Virus record (IMG/VR): IMGVR_UViG_3300049009_000357
Coordinates: 1 to 44,311 of that record
Source of the DNA: a virus
Taxonomy: Duplodnaviria > Caudoviricetes
Reading direction: 5' to 3' (one strand)
Length of the DNA stretch: 44,311 bases
The notes below the pieces were generated by a model. It saw only the letters and a list, made by a program, of their open reading frames with translations, made no database searches and was not told the DNA's origin. Shown in pieces: positions 8,876-17,314 of the stretch (within the stretch, counting starts at the first letter, position 1; every line of letters begins with the position of its first letter). The position numbers and the translations under genes are program-made.

Positions 8876-9035
8876 TTTGTTTCCTATGCTTGAGTCGAAA
8901 AAAGTGGTCGATCACATGCTTTCGTGTTGTTTCCCTGGACTGCTCCGGCACCTCTAGCAGCGCGGCGTTGCGCTCCGCTTTTGTGCGTAGAGTTATAATC
9001 TTTGCCGCATAGTGGCGCGGGCGGATTTCACTCAA
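8862..9035 (-). CDS. Small hypothetical protein (57 aa, absent from ORF track)
   Basis: TTG start overlapping upstream stop; MSEIRPRHYAAKIITLRTKAERNAALLEVPEQSRETTRKHV... fills the gap exactly. Confidence 0.55.
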   Translation of the reverse strand: MSEIRPRHYAAKIITLRTKAERNAALLEVPEQSRETTRKHVIDHFFRLKHRKQNEGT

Positions 9036-9349
9036 CCACGCCTCTGCTGAATGCTAAAAGTCGCAGGCTTTATATCCTCGATGCTCGCCTCACGAATGGG
9101 GCTGGTCTGAACTTTCCCGCACCTGGCTTCATACTCGGCCACCTGCTCGGCAATCTCGGCAGAATGCGCGGCTTTGCCAGGATCAACGCTATCGGATATG
9201 GAAAAACGCTTTGCTGTTTGCATTACCGGACTTCTCCTTTTATTTTTATGCGTTCGCTTGTTTTGGCAGTGCGGGCACGATCCGTGATTTCTACAGCTTG
9301 AATCTATGGCCTTGCTGCCGGTGTACGCCTTGTGTTTTGTTCGGCTCAT
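9032..9349 (-). CDS. Hypothetical protein
   Basis: 105 aa in operon; SCRNHGSCPHC motif. Confidence 0.5.
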   Translation of the reverse strand: MSRTKHKAYTGSKAIDSSCRNHGSCPHCQNKRTHKNKRRSPVMQTAKRFSISDSVDPGKAAHSAEIAEQVAEYEARCGKVQTSPIREASIEDIKPATFSIQQRRG

Positions 9350-9351
9350 GG

Positions 9352-9621
9352 CTAAAACGGGATGTCGTCCAGGTTGCCCATATCGTTAATGACTGGCTTT
9401 TGTGGTGCCGCCTGCTTCTGTGGTGCCGCCTGCTGCTCTTTCGGCTTCACTGACAGGCTGTAGAAACTTCCTGAGCCATCGTTGCGCTGCTTTTGCCAGC
9501 CGTTTAACCAGAACTCTCTGCCATCGACGTTTATGCTTCCTGTGATGTCGGGGTGCGTGTCTTTTTCTTTCTTCAGGTTCTTGCCCAAAATTCCGCTGTT
9601 CGTGTTGTCGTAATTGCTCAT
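9352..9621 (-). CDS. Small ssDNA-binding-like protein
   Basis: [22 protein letters not shown] core with acidic DDIPF tail; ATGA coupling at 9621. Confidence 0.65.
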   Translation of the reverse strand: MSNYDNTNSGILGKNLKKEKDTHPDITGSINVDGREFWLNGWQKQRNDGSGSFYSLSVKPKEQQAAPQKQAAPQKPVINDMGNLDDIPF

Positions 9622-9857
9622 GCTGCTAGTTCCTGTTTTGTGATTGGATGAAAATTTGTGGTTCGCACTCCCGCTTCCAGGTCGGCATCGTGCCAGCCCA
9701 TAAGCCAGCAGCAGTACATCGGATCGTCTGACATCTTTGGACATGAGCCTTTCGGCTGTCCATTGATCCTGGCTTCCTTGCCATCCCCGTACACAAGCAA
9801 TTGATGACGGGTTAAAGGCTCGCGCTTGGGTATGCTTTTAGCGTTTGGATTGCTCAT
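9618..9857 (-). CDS. Rmf (ribosome modulation factor)-like protein
   Basis: YGDGKEA...G.....CP.......WLMGW matches the RMF pattern G..A...G.....CPY......W..GW. Confidence 0.5.
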   Translation of the reverse strand: MSNPNAKSIPKREPLTRHQLLVYGDGKEARINGQPKGSCPKMSDDPMYCCWLMGWHDADLEAGVRTTNFHPITKQELAA

Positions 9858-10114
9858 GGTTGCTGCCTCAATTTCATAATCAAGCGTCGGTTATTCATGC
9901 CCTCATCCCAACTGGCCCGCACCTGAGCGCCGTCGGGCTGACGATGAAACGTGCGGCCCTTGAATTCATCAAGCAAACCGGCTCGCCTCAGATTGCTGCG
10001 CAGAACCTGGTGGTCTATGCCAAGCGCCTCTGCCGTTGCGGTAATCGGCTCGGGCTTGCGCAGCATGGCCAGAGCTTTGTCAATGAGGTGTTTCGGGAGG
10101 TCTATGCGGTTCAT
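9854..10114 (-). CDS. Small HTH DNA-binding protein
   Basis: ITATAEALGIDHQVLRSNL helix-turn-helix pattern. Confidence 0.5.
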   Translation of the reverse strand: MNRIDLPKHLIDKALAMLRKPEPITATAEALGIDHQVLRSNLRRAGLLDEFKGRTFHRQPDGAQVRASWDEGMNNRRLIMKLRQQP

Positions 10115-10728
10115 CAGAGCATCCCTTTCAGCGCGGCAAGGCGAACTTTGGCGACTTCGGGCGTGGTCGGATTCGGTACAGTTTCCGGCAATGCCTTCTG
10201 AACAGGTCTATCCAGTTTTTCGCCAGCCAGTACACGCGCACACATCGTTTCGTAATTCGTTGCGAACAACGGGAAGCATTCGCGCTCTGTCAGGGTATGC
10301 AGCTCAAACCTTCCTGTTTCTCTTGCAGTGTGGAATACCGCACCGCTTGACCAGCTGCCGCGCTCCCAGGGCAAGGGCATGTTGCAGGCTTCGATGTAAG
10401 CGGCCTTCGCATTCTTTAGGCCCAGGTCTTCAGCGGTAACGCGGCACAATTCGCGGAAAGCTGGAAACGTGAAGAAATCAGTAAAATCCTTTGCTCTTGC
10501 CATTCCAGTGTTCAATTGCATTTCTGACAGATCCGCCATATCACTTTCAAACGTTCGGTGTTCAATACTGCCTATCGGGGCCGATACCAACCTGCGACTC
10601 AAGAGCACCTGCCAAACCATTGCCAAGAGTTTCTTCTGCGTCGAGGGCTGCGATGTAGGAGTGGAATGCGTCCGCGTTACTTTCTGACTTGCTTGGTCGA
10701 GCACTTGATTTATTGCCTGCATGGTCAT
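10114..10728 (-). CDS. Replication protein P-like (helicase loader)
   Basis: F.FP.FR.LC...LGL...AY.EAC...WS..AV.H.A..TG...F..NY pattern; follows initiator; start may be 10617. Confidence 0.7.
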   Translation of the reverse strand: MTMQAINQVLDQASQKVTRTHSTPTSQPSTQKKLLAMVWQVLLSRRLVSAPIGSIEHRTFESDMADLSEMQLNTGMARAKDFTDFFTFPAFRELCRVTAEDLGLKNAKAAYIEACNMPLPWERGSWSSGAVFHTARETGRFELHTLTERECFPLFATNYETMCARVLAGEKLDRPVQKALPETVPNPTTPEVAKVRLAALKGML

Positions 10729-11356
10729 TGCTCCGTGCAGCCCATCCGGCTGCTGATGATTTCCAGTTCTTCATGGGATTGCGGCCTACCTTCCAGCCGT
10801 TGGATTCGTAATACGCCAGGAACTTACTTGCTTCGATTTGAGGATTACCAACCTTGCCTGCGAATTCAAAAAGAAGATCAGAGGCAGATGGCTTTGAAAA
10901 TTTGGGGGCAGGTGCGTTAGCGCCTTGTTCTTGTGTTACTTCTTTCTTCTCTTCTCTTCTCTTCTCTTCTCTGGTCCGCTTTTCGTCCGCTTCCAGTGCG
11001 GACAAATCGGCTTCTGCTCTGGCCATCCTTTTGCGCTCTGCTTCCTGCGCTCTACGCTTGGCAGATTGGCCGTTATGCTCATCAAATCGCGGGGTTACGA
11101 GACGATCTGATTTAATCTCAAGCCACCCAATACGAGCCATTTCAACCGAAAACCCTGGCCATCCAAGATGGGCATCAAGAATTTCAGCGTTGTATCCTTC
11201 GAGCATTCCATCGGATGAGTGCATATCAAACAGACACCAGACCGCATGGAGTCCGCCTATCACGCGCAACTTGTCCGCCTTCAATGCGGACATAATGCGG
11301 ACAACTTTCGGATGAGTTAGAAGGTCGGAGCGCATCTTGATCCAGTCGCCAGCCAT
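10562..11356 (-). CDS. Replication initiator (O-like)
   Basis: MAGDWIKMR.DL..HPKV...FDEHNGQSAKRRA...REEKRREE linker, C-terminal F..YYESNGW.VG...MK.WK. Confidence 0.8.
   Translation of the reverse strand: MAGDWIKMRSDLLTHPKVVRIMSALKADKLRVIGGLHAVWCLFDMHSSDGMLEGYNAEILDAHLGWPGFSVEMARIGWLEIKSDRLVTPRFDEHNGQSAKRRAQEAERKRMARAEADLSALEADEKRTREEKRREEKKEVTQEQGANAPAPKFSKPSASDLLFEFAGKVGNPQIEASKFLAYYESNGWKVGRNPMKNWKSSAAGWAARSNDHAGNKSSARPSKSESNADAFHSYIAALDAEETLGNGLAGALESQVGIGPDRQY
10942..11005. repeat. (CTTCT)n run and GTCCGC iteron-like repeats inside initiator gene, candidate origin
   Basis: Tandem CTTCT, two direct GTCCGCTT copies and one inverted GCGGAC in the linker, where lambdoid origins lie. Confidence 0.4.
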
Positions 11357-11562
11357 TACTCGACCTCTCCATCCAAAGGCAAGGGCGCTTTGCGCAATTC
11401 ATCCTTGCGGATATCAATCTTGCCGTACGCCGCCAGGACTTCAGAAACAGGGATTGCCGAGGCTTTGCCGAGTTTCTTTAACGCGGGGAAGTCCATGCCT
11501 GCGAAGTCTGTTGCGGCGCATTGCAGGAGCCTGTCGATTGCGTCCAGGGTGTTAGCGGTCAC
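11356..11562 (-). CDS. Hypothetical protein
   Basis: 68 aa, coupled on both sides (GTGA, TAATG). Confidence 0.55.
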   Translation of the reverse strand: MTANTLDAIDRLLQCAATDFAGMDFPALKKLGKASAIPVSEVLAAYGKIDIRKDELRKAPLPLDGEVE

Positions 11563-11735
11563 AGATCAATCCTCACTGTTTCGTGACACTCAGCCTCATG
11601 CCCGCACTCAATGCAGAACAGGTGGTTGCCGGTATGACAAGAGCAAGCTGGGCCTTCGTGCAGCCAGCAGCAGCCAACAATCGGGGCGGGCACATTGCAG
11701 GGAACATCGGGGTAATCGGAATCAGTGATGGTCAT
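11559..11735 (-). CDS. 58-aa Cys/His-rich protein (absent from ORF track)
   Basis: MTITDSDYPDVPCNVPAPIVGCCWLHEGPACSCHTGNHLFCIECGHEAECHETVRIDL; TGATG and GTGA coupling. Confidence 0.55.
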   Translation of the reverse strand: MTITDSDYPDVPCNVPAPIVGCCWLHEGPACSCHTGNHLFCIECGHEAECHETVRIDL

Positions 11736-11815
11736 CAGAAGCCCCTCATATCAACGAGGACGCCAGCGATTGCAGAGATAAGGAGTGTTGCGGCAAGGAG
11801 TTCTAGGATTGTCAT
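11735..11815 (-). CDS. 26-aa single-TM peptide (absent from ORF track)
   Basis: MTILELLAATLLISAIAGVLVDMRGF; GAGG upstream; stop overlaps next ATG. Confidence 0.45.
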   Translation of the reverse strand: MTILELLAATLLISAIAGVLVDMRGF

Positions 11816-11903
11816 GTGCGGCCTCTTGTTATCGTTTTTTGGACTGCGTTTTCAATCGTGCGATTTCTTTTTCCCGTGTACGCGGCGTCACAAGCCCGCC
11901 GCG

Positions 11904-12134
11904 TTATTGATTTTTCTGGTTTGCGGTCCCATGTTGTAATGAACGGAAAATATCTGGCCGCAGCATTTCGGCAGTTACGCCAGTCAGCAGCTCGATTTTT
12001 TTGCATTGACTCGAGGGGACATGGCCAGTTTTGACCATACGATTAACATGCGCCCTAGATACGTTGAGCGCTTTAGCCAAAGCACTCTGGCCGCCACATT
12101 TGTTAACTGCTTTTTGAATAGGGGTTGTTTTCAT
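11904..12134 (-). CDS. cro: Cro/YdaS-like repressor
   Basis: KAV...GGQSALAKALNVS...V..M...G.VP......IE..TGVT...LRPDIF; divergent from cI. Confidence 0.85.
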   Translation of the reverse strand: MKTTPIQKAVNKCGGQSALAKALNVSRAHVNRMVKTGHVPSSQCKKIELLTGVTAEMLRPDIFRSLQHGTANQKNQ

Positions 12135-12141
12135 GCGGATT

Positions 12142-12202
12142 ACTGTAAGCAATCCATTTACACTTGTCAACAAGTGATTGCTTATATCAATTAGCCTATA
12201 AT
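12142..12202. promoter_or_regulatory. OR region: pR (minus), pRM (plus) and operators
   Basis: pR TTGACA (12170-12165), 17 nt, TACAGT (12147-12142); pRM -10 TATAAT 12197-12202; imperfect palindrome GTAAGC-N5-ATTTAC. Confidence 0.75.
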
Positions 12203-12211
12203 GCAAGCATT

Positions 12212-12607
12212 ATGAAATTCACAAAAATTCCAGAGATAGACGGCCCACATGCGGTTTACGCAAGACAATTTCGTGCGGCCCTGGCGTGGAAAGAGTGGCT
12301 GGTGTACGACATTGAAACCGGCGAAAAAACTGGCAGCTATAGAAAAGCTGGTGCGAAGTTGGGCCTGTCGGCCCCCTACATAGAAAGTTTATACAGAGGC
12401 AGGCAGCACCCCAGTGGTGTCCGAGGCGTGGAGATTGCTACGCGCTTGGGCGTGTCTGCGAACTGGCTGACGAGCAATGAAGGCCCGATGATTGCTGATA
12501 ATTTAATCAGTATTAGTGATCTTGATCTCGAAGATCAGGTTGATATTTTGACGAGATTGCGACTCGCGCATAAGAAAATCGCAGATAGAAAAGCGGCGAA
12601 TTCCTGA
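12212..12607 (+). CDS. cI: CI-like immunity repressor (XRE HTH, no S24 peptidase domain)
   Basis: SYRKAGAKLGLS...I.....G...P......IA.RLGVSANWL...EGPM; divergent from cro. Confidence 0.75.
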   Translation: MKFTKIPEIDGPHAVYARQFRAALAWKEWLVYDIETGEKTGSYRKAGAKLGLSAPYIESLYRGRQHPSGVRGVEIATRLGVSANWLTSNEGPMIADNLISISDLDLEDQVDILTRLRLAHKKIADRKAANS

Positions 12608-12627
12608 TTTAAAACTGCGTTATCCAG

Positions 12628-12867
12628 TTACCCCCCCCCCCCCGACCTAAAGCTCAAATCCTGGGCGATATCGAGCAAATCCATTGCTACTCTGCGAGCG
12701 CTCAAGCTCAGCGCCTCAGCGTTGCTGATGCTATATCTTTTGCCTCCAGCTCCATAAGTAATCGTCACAACATACGAAATTTCTGAAAGCTCATTCCCCG
12801 CAATATTATCCTGCTCAACCAATCTAGCGGCCGTCAACGGCATGGCAAATCCTTTTTGTTGTCGCAA
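12628..12867 (-). CDS. Hypothetical protein convergent with cI, ending in a G13 tract
   Basis: 79-aa ORF (ATG alternative at 12843) between cI and pL. Confidence 0.35.
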   Translation of the reverse strand: MRQQKGFAMPLTAARLVEQDNIAGNELSEISYVVTITYGAGGKRYSISNAEALSLSARRVAMDLLDIAQDLSFRSGGGG

Positions 12868-12879
12868 ATAAAATTATTT

Positions 12880-12924
12880 TGTAAGCGATTAGTTGTTGAC
12901 TTCCGTAAACCAACTGCTTACATT
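12880..12924 (+). promoter_or_regulatory. pL/OL region
   Basis: TTGACT (12896-12901), 17 nt, TACATT (12919-12924); operator GTAAAC-N5-GCTTAC; inverted near-copy of OR. Confidence 0.75.
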
Positions 12925-12968
12925 ATGCCCATCAAATGCGTACTGATATTAGGAGATTTTGATTATTT

Positions 12969-13172
12969 ATGTCAATGACACCGAATCGAAATGATGTGCA
13001 GGACTACGAGGACTGGGCTTTCCCGGTCAAGCGGCCAGAGCCAGACCCGGACAGGGACAGGGATGACTTTGATTGGAGCGAACTTACCGCCGACCTGCAA
13101 AAGCAAAGGCGCCTAGAAATTGCTGTCAACGCAACACCCGAACAGTTCCGCAAACTCTGGAGCAAGCTATGA
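12969..13172 (+). CDS. Hypothetical acidic protein, first gene of pL operon
   Basis: AGGAG upstream; 67 aa. Confidence 0.55.
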   Translation: MSMTPNRNDVQDYEDWAFPVKRPEPDPDRDRDDFDWSELTADLQKQRRLEIAVNATPEQFRKLWSKL

Positions 13173-13342
13173 ATCTTAAACAGGTGGTAATTGCAGCCCT
13201 GGGCATTGCAGCCCTGGTCGGATATTTCGTAGCAAGCGCTGATCAGTATCGGCGCGAGATCAGCGAGCCTAAATGCTGGGCGCAGATGATTGCAGATAGC
13301 GATGCAGCACACGCAGAAAACTTCCGAAGGGGAACCAGATGA
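13169..13342 (+). CDS. Small membrane/secreted protein
   Basis: ATGA coupling; hydrophobic N-terminus VVIAALGIAALVGYFV. Confidence 0.5.
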   Translation: MNLKQVVIAALGIAALVGYFVASADQYRREISEPKCWAQMIADSDAAHAENFRRGTR

Positions 13343-14091
13343 ATCAGATAGTAAACAGAAGCGGGTTTGCATTAGCGCCGTCAAGCATGAGTGAAGCCTT
13401 GCAAATGGCGGAAATGCTTTCAAAAAGCATCATGGTTCCAAAGGCATACCAAGGCAAGCCCCAGGATACGCTTGTCGCAATGATGATGGGCAATGAAGTT
13501 GGTTTGAATCCGATCCAATCACTGCAAAACATTGCGGTAATTAACGGCAAGCCTTCGATCTATGGTGATGCGCTTGCAGCACTGGTGCAGAACCATCCTG
13601 CCTTTGGCGGTATGGAAGAATCGTTTAATGAGTCCGGTAATGTTGCCACTTGCATTGTTTGGCGTAGAGGCGGGAGTAAACACACGCAGACATTCAGCGA
13701 AGCCGATGCCAGGAAGGCCAGTCTTTGGGACAAGGCTGGACCTTGGAAGCAATACCCGAAGCGAATGCTTGCCATGCGCGCCAGAGGCTTTGCGCTGCGC
13801 AGCCAGTTTGCAGATGCGCTTGCTGGCTTGATAACGCGAGAGGAAGCAGGGGATATGCCCTTGCAGGATTACGAGCCGCCTACAGCGATCAGCGGTCCTA
13901 TTGATCCACTTGGTTTAACCGCAATCACCGGCGCGGAAACGATGGAAGCGCTGCAAGCTGCATTCGCTTTGGCTTGGCGCAGCAATACCGACAAGGATTC
14001 AAGAGCGCAATTAACAAGAGCGAAGGATGCTAGAAAAGCAGAATTGAATTCAGCAGTAATTGAGGGCGAAGCTCATGCAACAGCAGAGTGA
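13339..14091 (+). CDS. recT: RecT-like single-strand annealing protein
   Basis: MVPKAYQGKP.D...G.E.GL.P.QSLQNIAVINGKPS...GPWKQYPKRML.MRAR.FALR..F.D.L.G. Confidence 0.8.
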   Translation: MNQIVNRSGFALAPSSMSEALQMAEMLSKSIMVPKAYQGKPQDTLVAMMMGNEVGLNPIQSLQNIAVINGKPSIYGDALAALVQNHPAFGGMEESFNESGNVATCIVWRRGGSKHTQTFSEADARKASLWDKAGPWKQYPKRMLAMRARGFALRSQFADALAGLITREEAGDMPLQDYEPPTAISGPIDPLGLTAITGAETMEALQAAFALAWRSNTDKDSRAQLTRAKDARKAELNSAVIEGEAHATAE

Positions 14092-14692
14092 ATCATGGTT
14101 TAACGCGAGGCTCGGCAGAGTTACCGCCTCGCGCATATCTGATGTGATGGCAAAGACCAAAACAGGCCCAAGCGCCAGCCGTAAAAATTACATGATGCAG
14201 CTTTTATGCGAGCGCCTGACCGGACGCAAAGAGGAAGGCTTTACCAGCGCGGCAATGACTCGCGGAACCGAGCTTGAGCCGGACGCTAGAAGCGCATACG
14301 AAGTTGACCAGGACTTGCTGGTTCAAGAGTGCGGCTTTGTGCCTTGTCCGTCGATTGATATGGCTGGCGCGAGTCCTGACGGGCTTGTGGGCGATGACGG
14401 CCTGCTTGAGATCAAGTGTCCCAACACAGCGCAGCATGTTGAGTTTCTGCGCACCAGCAAGATTGATTCAGGTTACGAAATGCAAATGACTTTCCAGATG
14501 ATTTGCACAGGGCGCGCATGGTGCGACTTCGTTTCCTTCGATGATCGTCTGTCCGAAGAATTGCAGTACAAGTGCATGCGTTTTCATTACAGCCACGCAG
14601 AAGCATCAAAAATCATGGCCGAGGTTCGCACGTTTTTGGATGAGCTTGCGCAACTCGAAACCGAACTTAAAACAATGCAGAGAGCGGCATGA
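14075..14692 (+). CDS. YqaJ/lambda-exonuclease family recombination nuclease
   Basis: W..ARLG.VTAS, G.ELEP.AR, GASPDGLV, LEIKCP, Q..FQM..TGR.WCDFVSFD. Confidence 0.9.
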   Translation: MQQQSESWFNARLGRVTASRISDVMAKTKTGPSASRKNYMMQLLCERLTGRKEEGFTSAAMTRGTELEPDARSAYEVDQDLLVQECGFVPCPSIDMAGASPDGLVGDDGLLEIKCPNTAQHVEFLRTSKIDSGYEMQMTFQMICTGRAWCDFVSFDDRLSEELQYKCMRFHYSHAEASKIMAEVRTFLDELAQLETELKTMQRAA

Positions 14693-17004
14693 AAATCATT
14701 ATAGATAGATCAGCGTTAAGCATGACAGGCGCAGCGGCCACGAGATTTAAGAACGTGGTGAAGGCAGCGATTGCAGGCAGTCCCGCATACAACTTCAGCG
14801 CGTACCACGCAGCGCGGGCTTATGAGCTTTTTAAAGCCGACACGGATTACGACTGGAGTCTGGCCGCGAAACTAGCAGTAGCAATGACCGAAAAAAAAGT
14901 TGCAGAGGCAGAAGCAGAAATTGCTCAGGGCAGGCGCCCGTCTATAGGCTTCGATCAGTATTTATATGCTGGCGGTGAGCTGCAAAATATTGCAACGACA
15001 CTCGACTGGTGTGCTGATTTTGTGTTGCCTGAGCTGCGGCAGCGGTGCCTGAGTTTTATGCGCCAAACCGTTTATAACCTCGAACATCCCCTGCTCAGTA
15101 ACTGGGGTGGGCAGCCCGAAAATTACACAGATGGAGTGCATTACGAATATGCAGGATGGGGACGCTCTGATGCTTTAAATAACTATTTCTACGCGCATCT
15201 GCTCGCACTGGTAAATGAAAACCTCGTGAGTGGCGGCGACAGAACTTATATTAATTCACGTTTCGATCTGCTGCGCGCTCAGTGGGGATCATGGGATACA
15301 GGATCGCCCGAAGGCACTGGCTACGGCCTCGCGCTGGGCAGTCTTTTCACAATTATAAAACTCTGGAGCGATTCCACGGGCGAGCAGTTTCCGCTGATCG
15401 AGCGGCTGGCGAATAGGACGATTGAGTTCTGGATTCATTGCTCGATCCGTGATTACAACAGCGGCAAGTTTAACGAGATCGTGACCTTTATGGATCACTC
15501 GCGGCAGAGTCGCCATTTAATTTATGACGGCGACCGGAATTTGATGCTCGCGGCTGGCGCACTCAGCATGAGCGCATTGCATCAAGAAATGGCGGCATGG
15601 TGGCTTGGCGAGGTCGCCCACACTGCAATGGGCCAGGGTAATCAATGCCACACCGACATGATAACCCCCAGCGCAATCAAGACTGCGCCAACAGAAACCA
15701 TGTATCACGCTACCAGCTCAGGGCATTTTTTATGGCGTGTTAGCTGGGCAAAAGATTCCACGTTGATTTCATACGCCTGCGGCCCAAACGACCAAGCGCA
15801 CGACCAAGATGACCAAGGTGAATTTCAGGTATATCACAAAGGCCCACAAGCCGTGACCGCGAACATGTGGAGCGCGTGGGGAATCATGCGCGACCCTAAA
15901 TACCATAATGTTTTGCGCTTTGATTCATTATTGCAACGTAAAGATGCGGCATCTCTTTGCAAGATGACCGTGATAAGTCCGAATAATGTGATGATGGGTC
16001 TGACCCCAACGTACACAGCGGCAAGCGGTATAAAGCACACGAGACAATTCGTACACGACAATGCGACGATTTTTGTCGATGATATATTTACCCTGGGCAC
16101 GGCGAAAGAAGCGGTGTTTCAGATCAACACCCCGTATCTGCCGGTTGTCACGGGCAACACGATTAAAGCCGGGTTGATAACGTGGACTGTGCAGTATCCA
16201 TTAAACGCGGTTATCTCAATTGTAGATTGGGCGACGGTTAGCGTACTTGATAACCCCGCGAACCCGATTACTGGATACAAAATTGAAATTAGAGGAGGCG
16301 TTGATCGCTACACAGTCAGCGGCGCTATTGATACGTTAGCTGCCCCGATACCACTCCCTGGCGTAATAACGCCAACACCCAAACCATCAGAGGTTGTTAT
16401 GAGCCATACCAATACGACTGTTCCGCAATTCCCTGCGGGTTACTGGATACACACCTGCCCTGGCGCGTCCGAAGGTATGTCGTGGCACTGGCAGACCACG
16501 CAGCTATGGATACCTGCAAACACGATCACGATGGACACGATGGTTGCAACAGATGTAAATCGCACCGTTCGTAAAGTGCTAAATCTCGAACCAACTGCAT
16601 TCGTCCACTGCATGAGTGGCCAGCCGATGAGCCTGACAGATAAAAACGACGCAGCGTATCTGGGATCGGTTTACGTCGCGCCACTGCCGACGGGCGCGAT
16701 TGTTGTTGAGCCGCCAGTGATAGTCGAGCCGCCGGTTGTAGTGATGCCTCCGCCGGTGGTCGTCGAGCCGCCAGTGGTTGTTGCGCCCCCACCAGTGATT
16801 GTCGTGCCACCGACGCGAATTCCGCAGATAGATGTGACAGCGGTCGGGTCTGCGTATTGGGTCGTCAAGGTCGATGGTGTGCAGGCGTCGCGTCACTCTC
16901 AGCAAGCAGAAGCACAGCAGAACGCTGTTAATGCCGAGCTACAGAACCCTGGCAGCGCGGTGACATTTGAGCATAACGCGATTTATAAAGTGCAGAGCAG
17001 GTAA
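14689..17004 (+). CDS. Heparinase II/III-like polysaccharide-lyase-fold protein with Pro/Val-rich linker and small C-terminal domain
   Basis: Helical N-half with LDWC, NNY, EGTGYG; beta half with R.SW, GP...AHDQDDQGEF, HNVLRF; VVEPP repeats; coupled to exonuclease (ATGA). Confidence 0.6.
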   Translation: MKIIIDRSALSMTGAAATRFKNVVKAAIAGSPAYNFSAYHAARAYELFKADTDYDWSLAAKLAVAMTEKKVAEAEAEIAQGRRPSIGFDQYLYAGGELQNIATTLDWCADFVLPELRQRCLSFMRQTVYNLEHPLLSNWGGQPENYTDGVHYEYAGWGRSDALNNYFYAHLLALVNENLVSGGDRTYINSRFDLLRAQWGSWDTGSPEGTGYGLALGSLFTIIKLWSDSTGEQFPLIERLANRTIEFWIHCSIRDYNSGKFNEIVTFMDHSRQSRHLIYDGDRNLMLAAGALSMSALHQEMAAWWLGEVAHTAMGQGNQCHTDMITPSAIKTAPTETMYHATSSGHFLWRVSWAKDSTLISYACGPNDQAHDQDDQGEFQVYHKGPQAVTANMWSAWGIMRDPKYHNVLRFDSLLQRKDAASLCKMTVISPNNVMMGLTPTYTAASGIKHTRQFVHDNATIFVDDIFTLGTAKEAVFQINTPYLPVVTGNTIKAGLITWTVQYPLNAVISIVDWATVSVLDNPANPITGYKIEIRGGVDRYTVSGAIDTLAAPIPLPGVITPTPKPSEVVMSHTNTTVPQFPAGYWIHTCPGASEGMSWHWQTTQLWIPANTITMDTMVATDVNRTVRKVLNLEPTAFVHCMSGQPMSLTDKNDAAYLGSVYVAPLPTGAIVVEPPVIVEPPVVVMPPPVVVEPPVVVAPPPVIVVPPTRIPQIDVTAVGSAYWVVKVDGVQASRHSQQAEAQQNAVNAELQNPGSAVTFEHNAIYKVQSR

Positions 17005-17014
17005 AGGAGAGGTA

Positions 17015-17314
17015 ATGTCTGACTTGCTGACAATGGCGGAAGCTGCAAAAAGGCTGGCAATCAGCCCCAAGCACTTGCGGCAGGAATTTGTCAACAAGGG
17101 AATTTTAGCAGTGGTGCGGCTCGGAAGTAGTGCAAAGGGGGATAGAATCATCCCTTACGACATTGATCGGCTGATTGCCGATAGAGTGGAGAGCCGATGC
17201 TATATAAAAGAGGTGATATCTGGTGGGTTAAATATAAAGCCAAAGGTCAGCAGATTAGACACTCTGCTGGGACGGCCTCGAAACGTGAAGCTCAGGTTGT
17301 CGAGCGTGAGCTAA
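17015..17314 (+). CDS. xis: Excisionase-like HTH protein
   Basis: LLTMAEAAKRLAIS...V..G.L..VRLG...RI...DI..LI; AGGAGAGG RBS; precedes and overlaps int. Confidence 0.7.
   Translation: MSDLLTMAEAAKRLAISPKHLRQEFVNKGILAVVRLGSSAKGDRIIPYDIDRLIADRVESRCYIKEVISGGLNIKPKVSRLDTLLGRPRNVKLRLSSVS

Noticed and set aside
10942-10972. (CTTCT)n as a contingency locus
   Set aside because: Encodes the REEKRREEK linker usual in this initiator family; a 5-nt slip would break a replication gene
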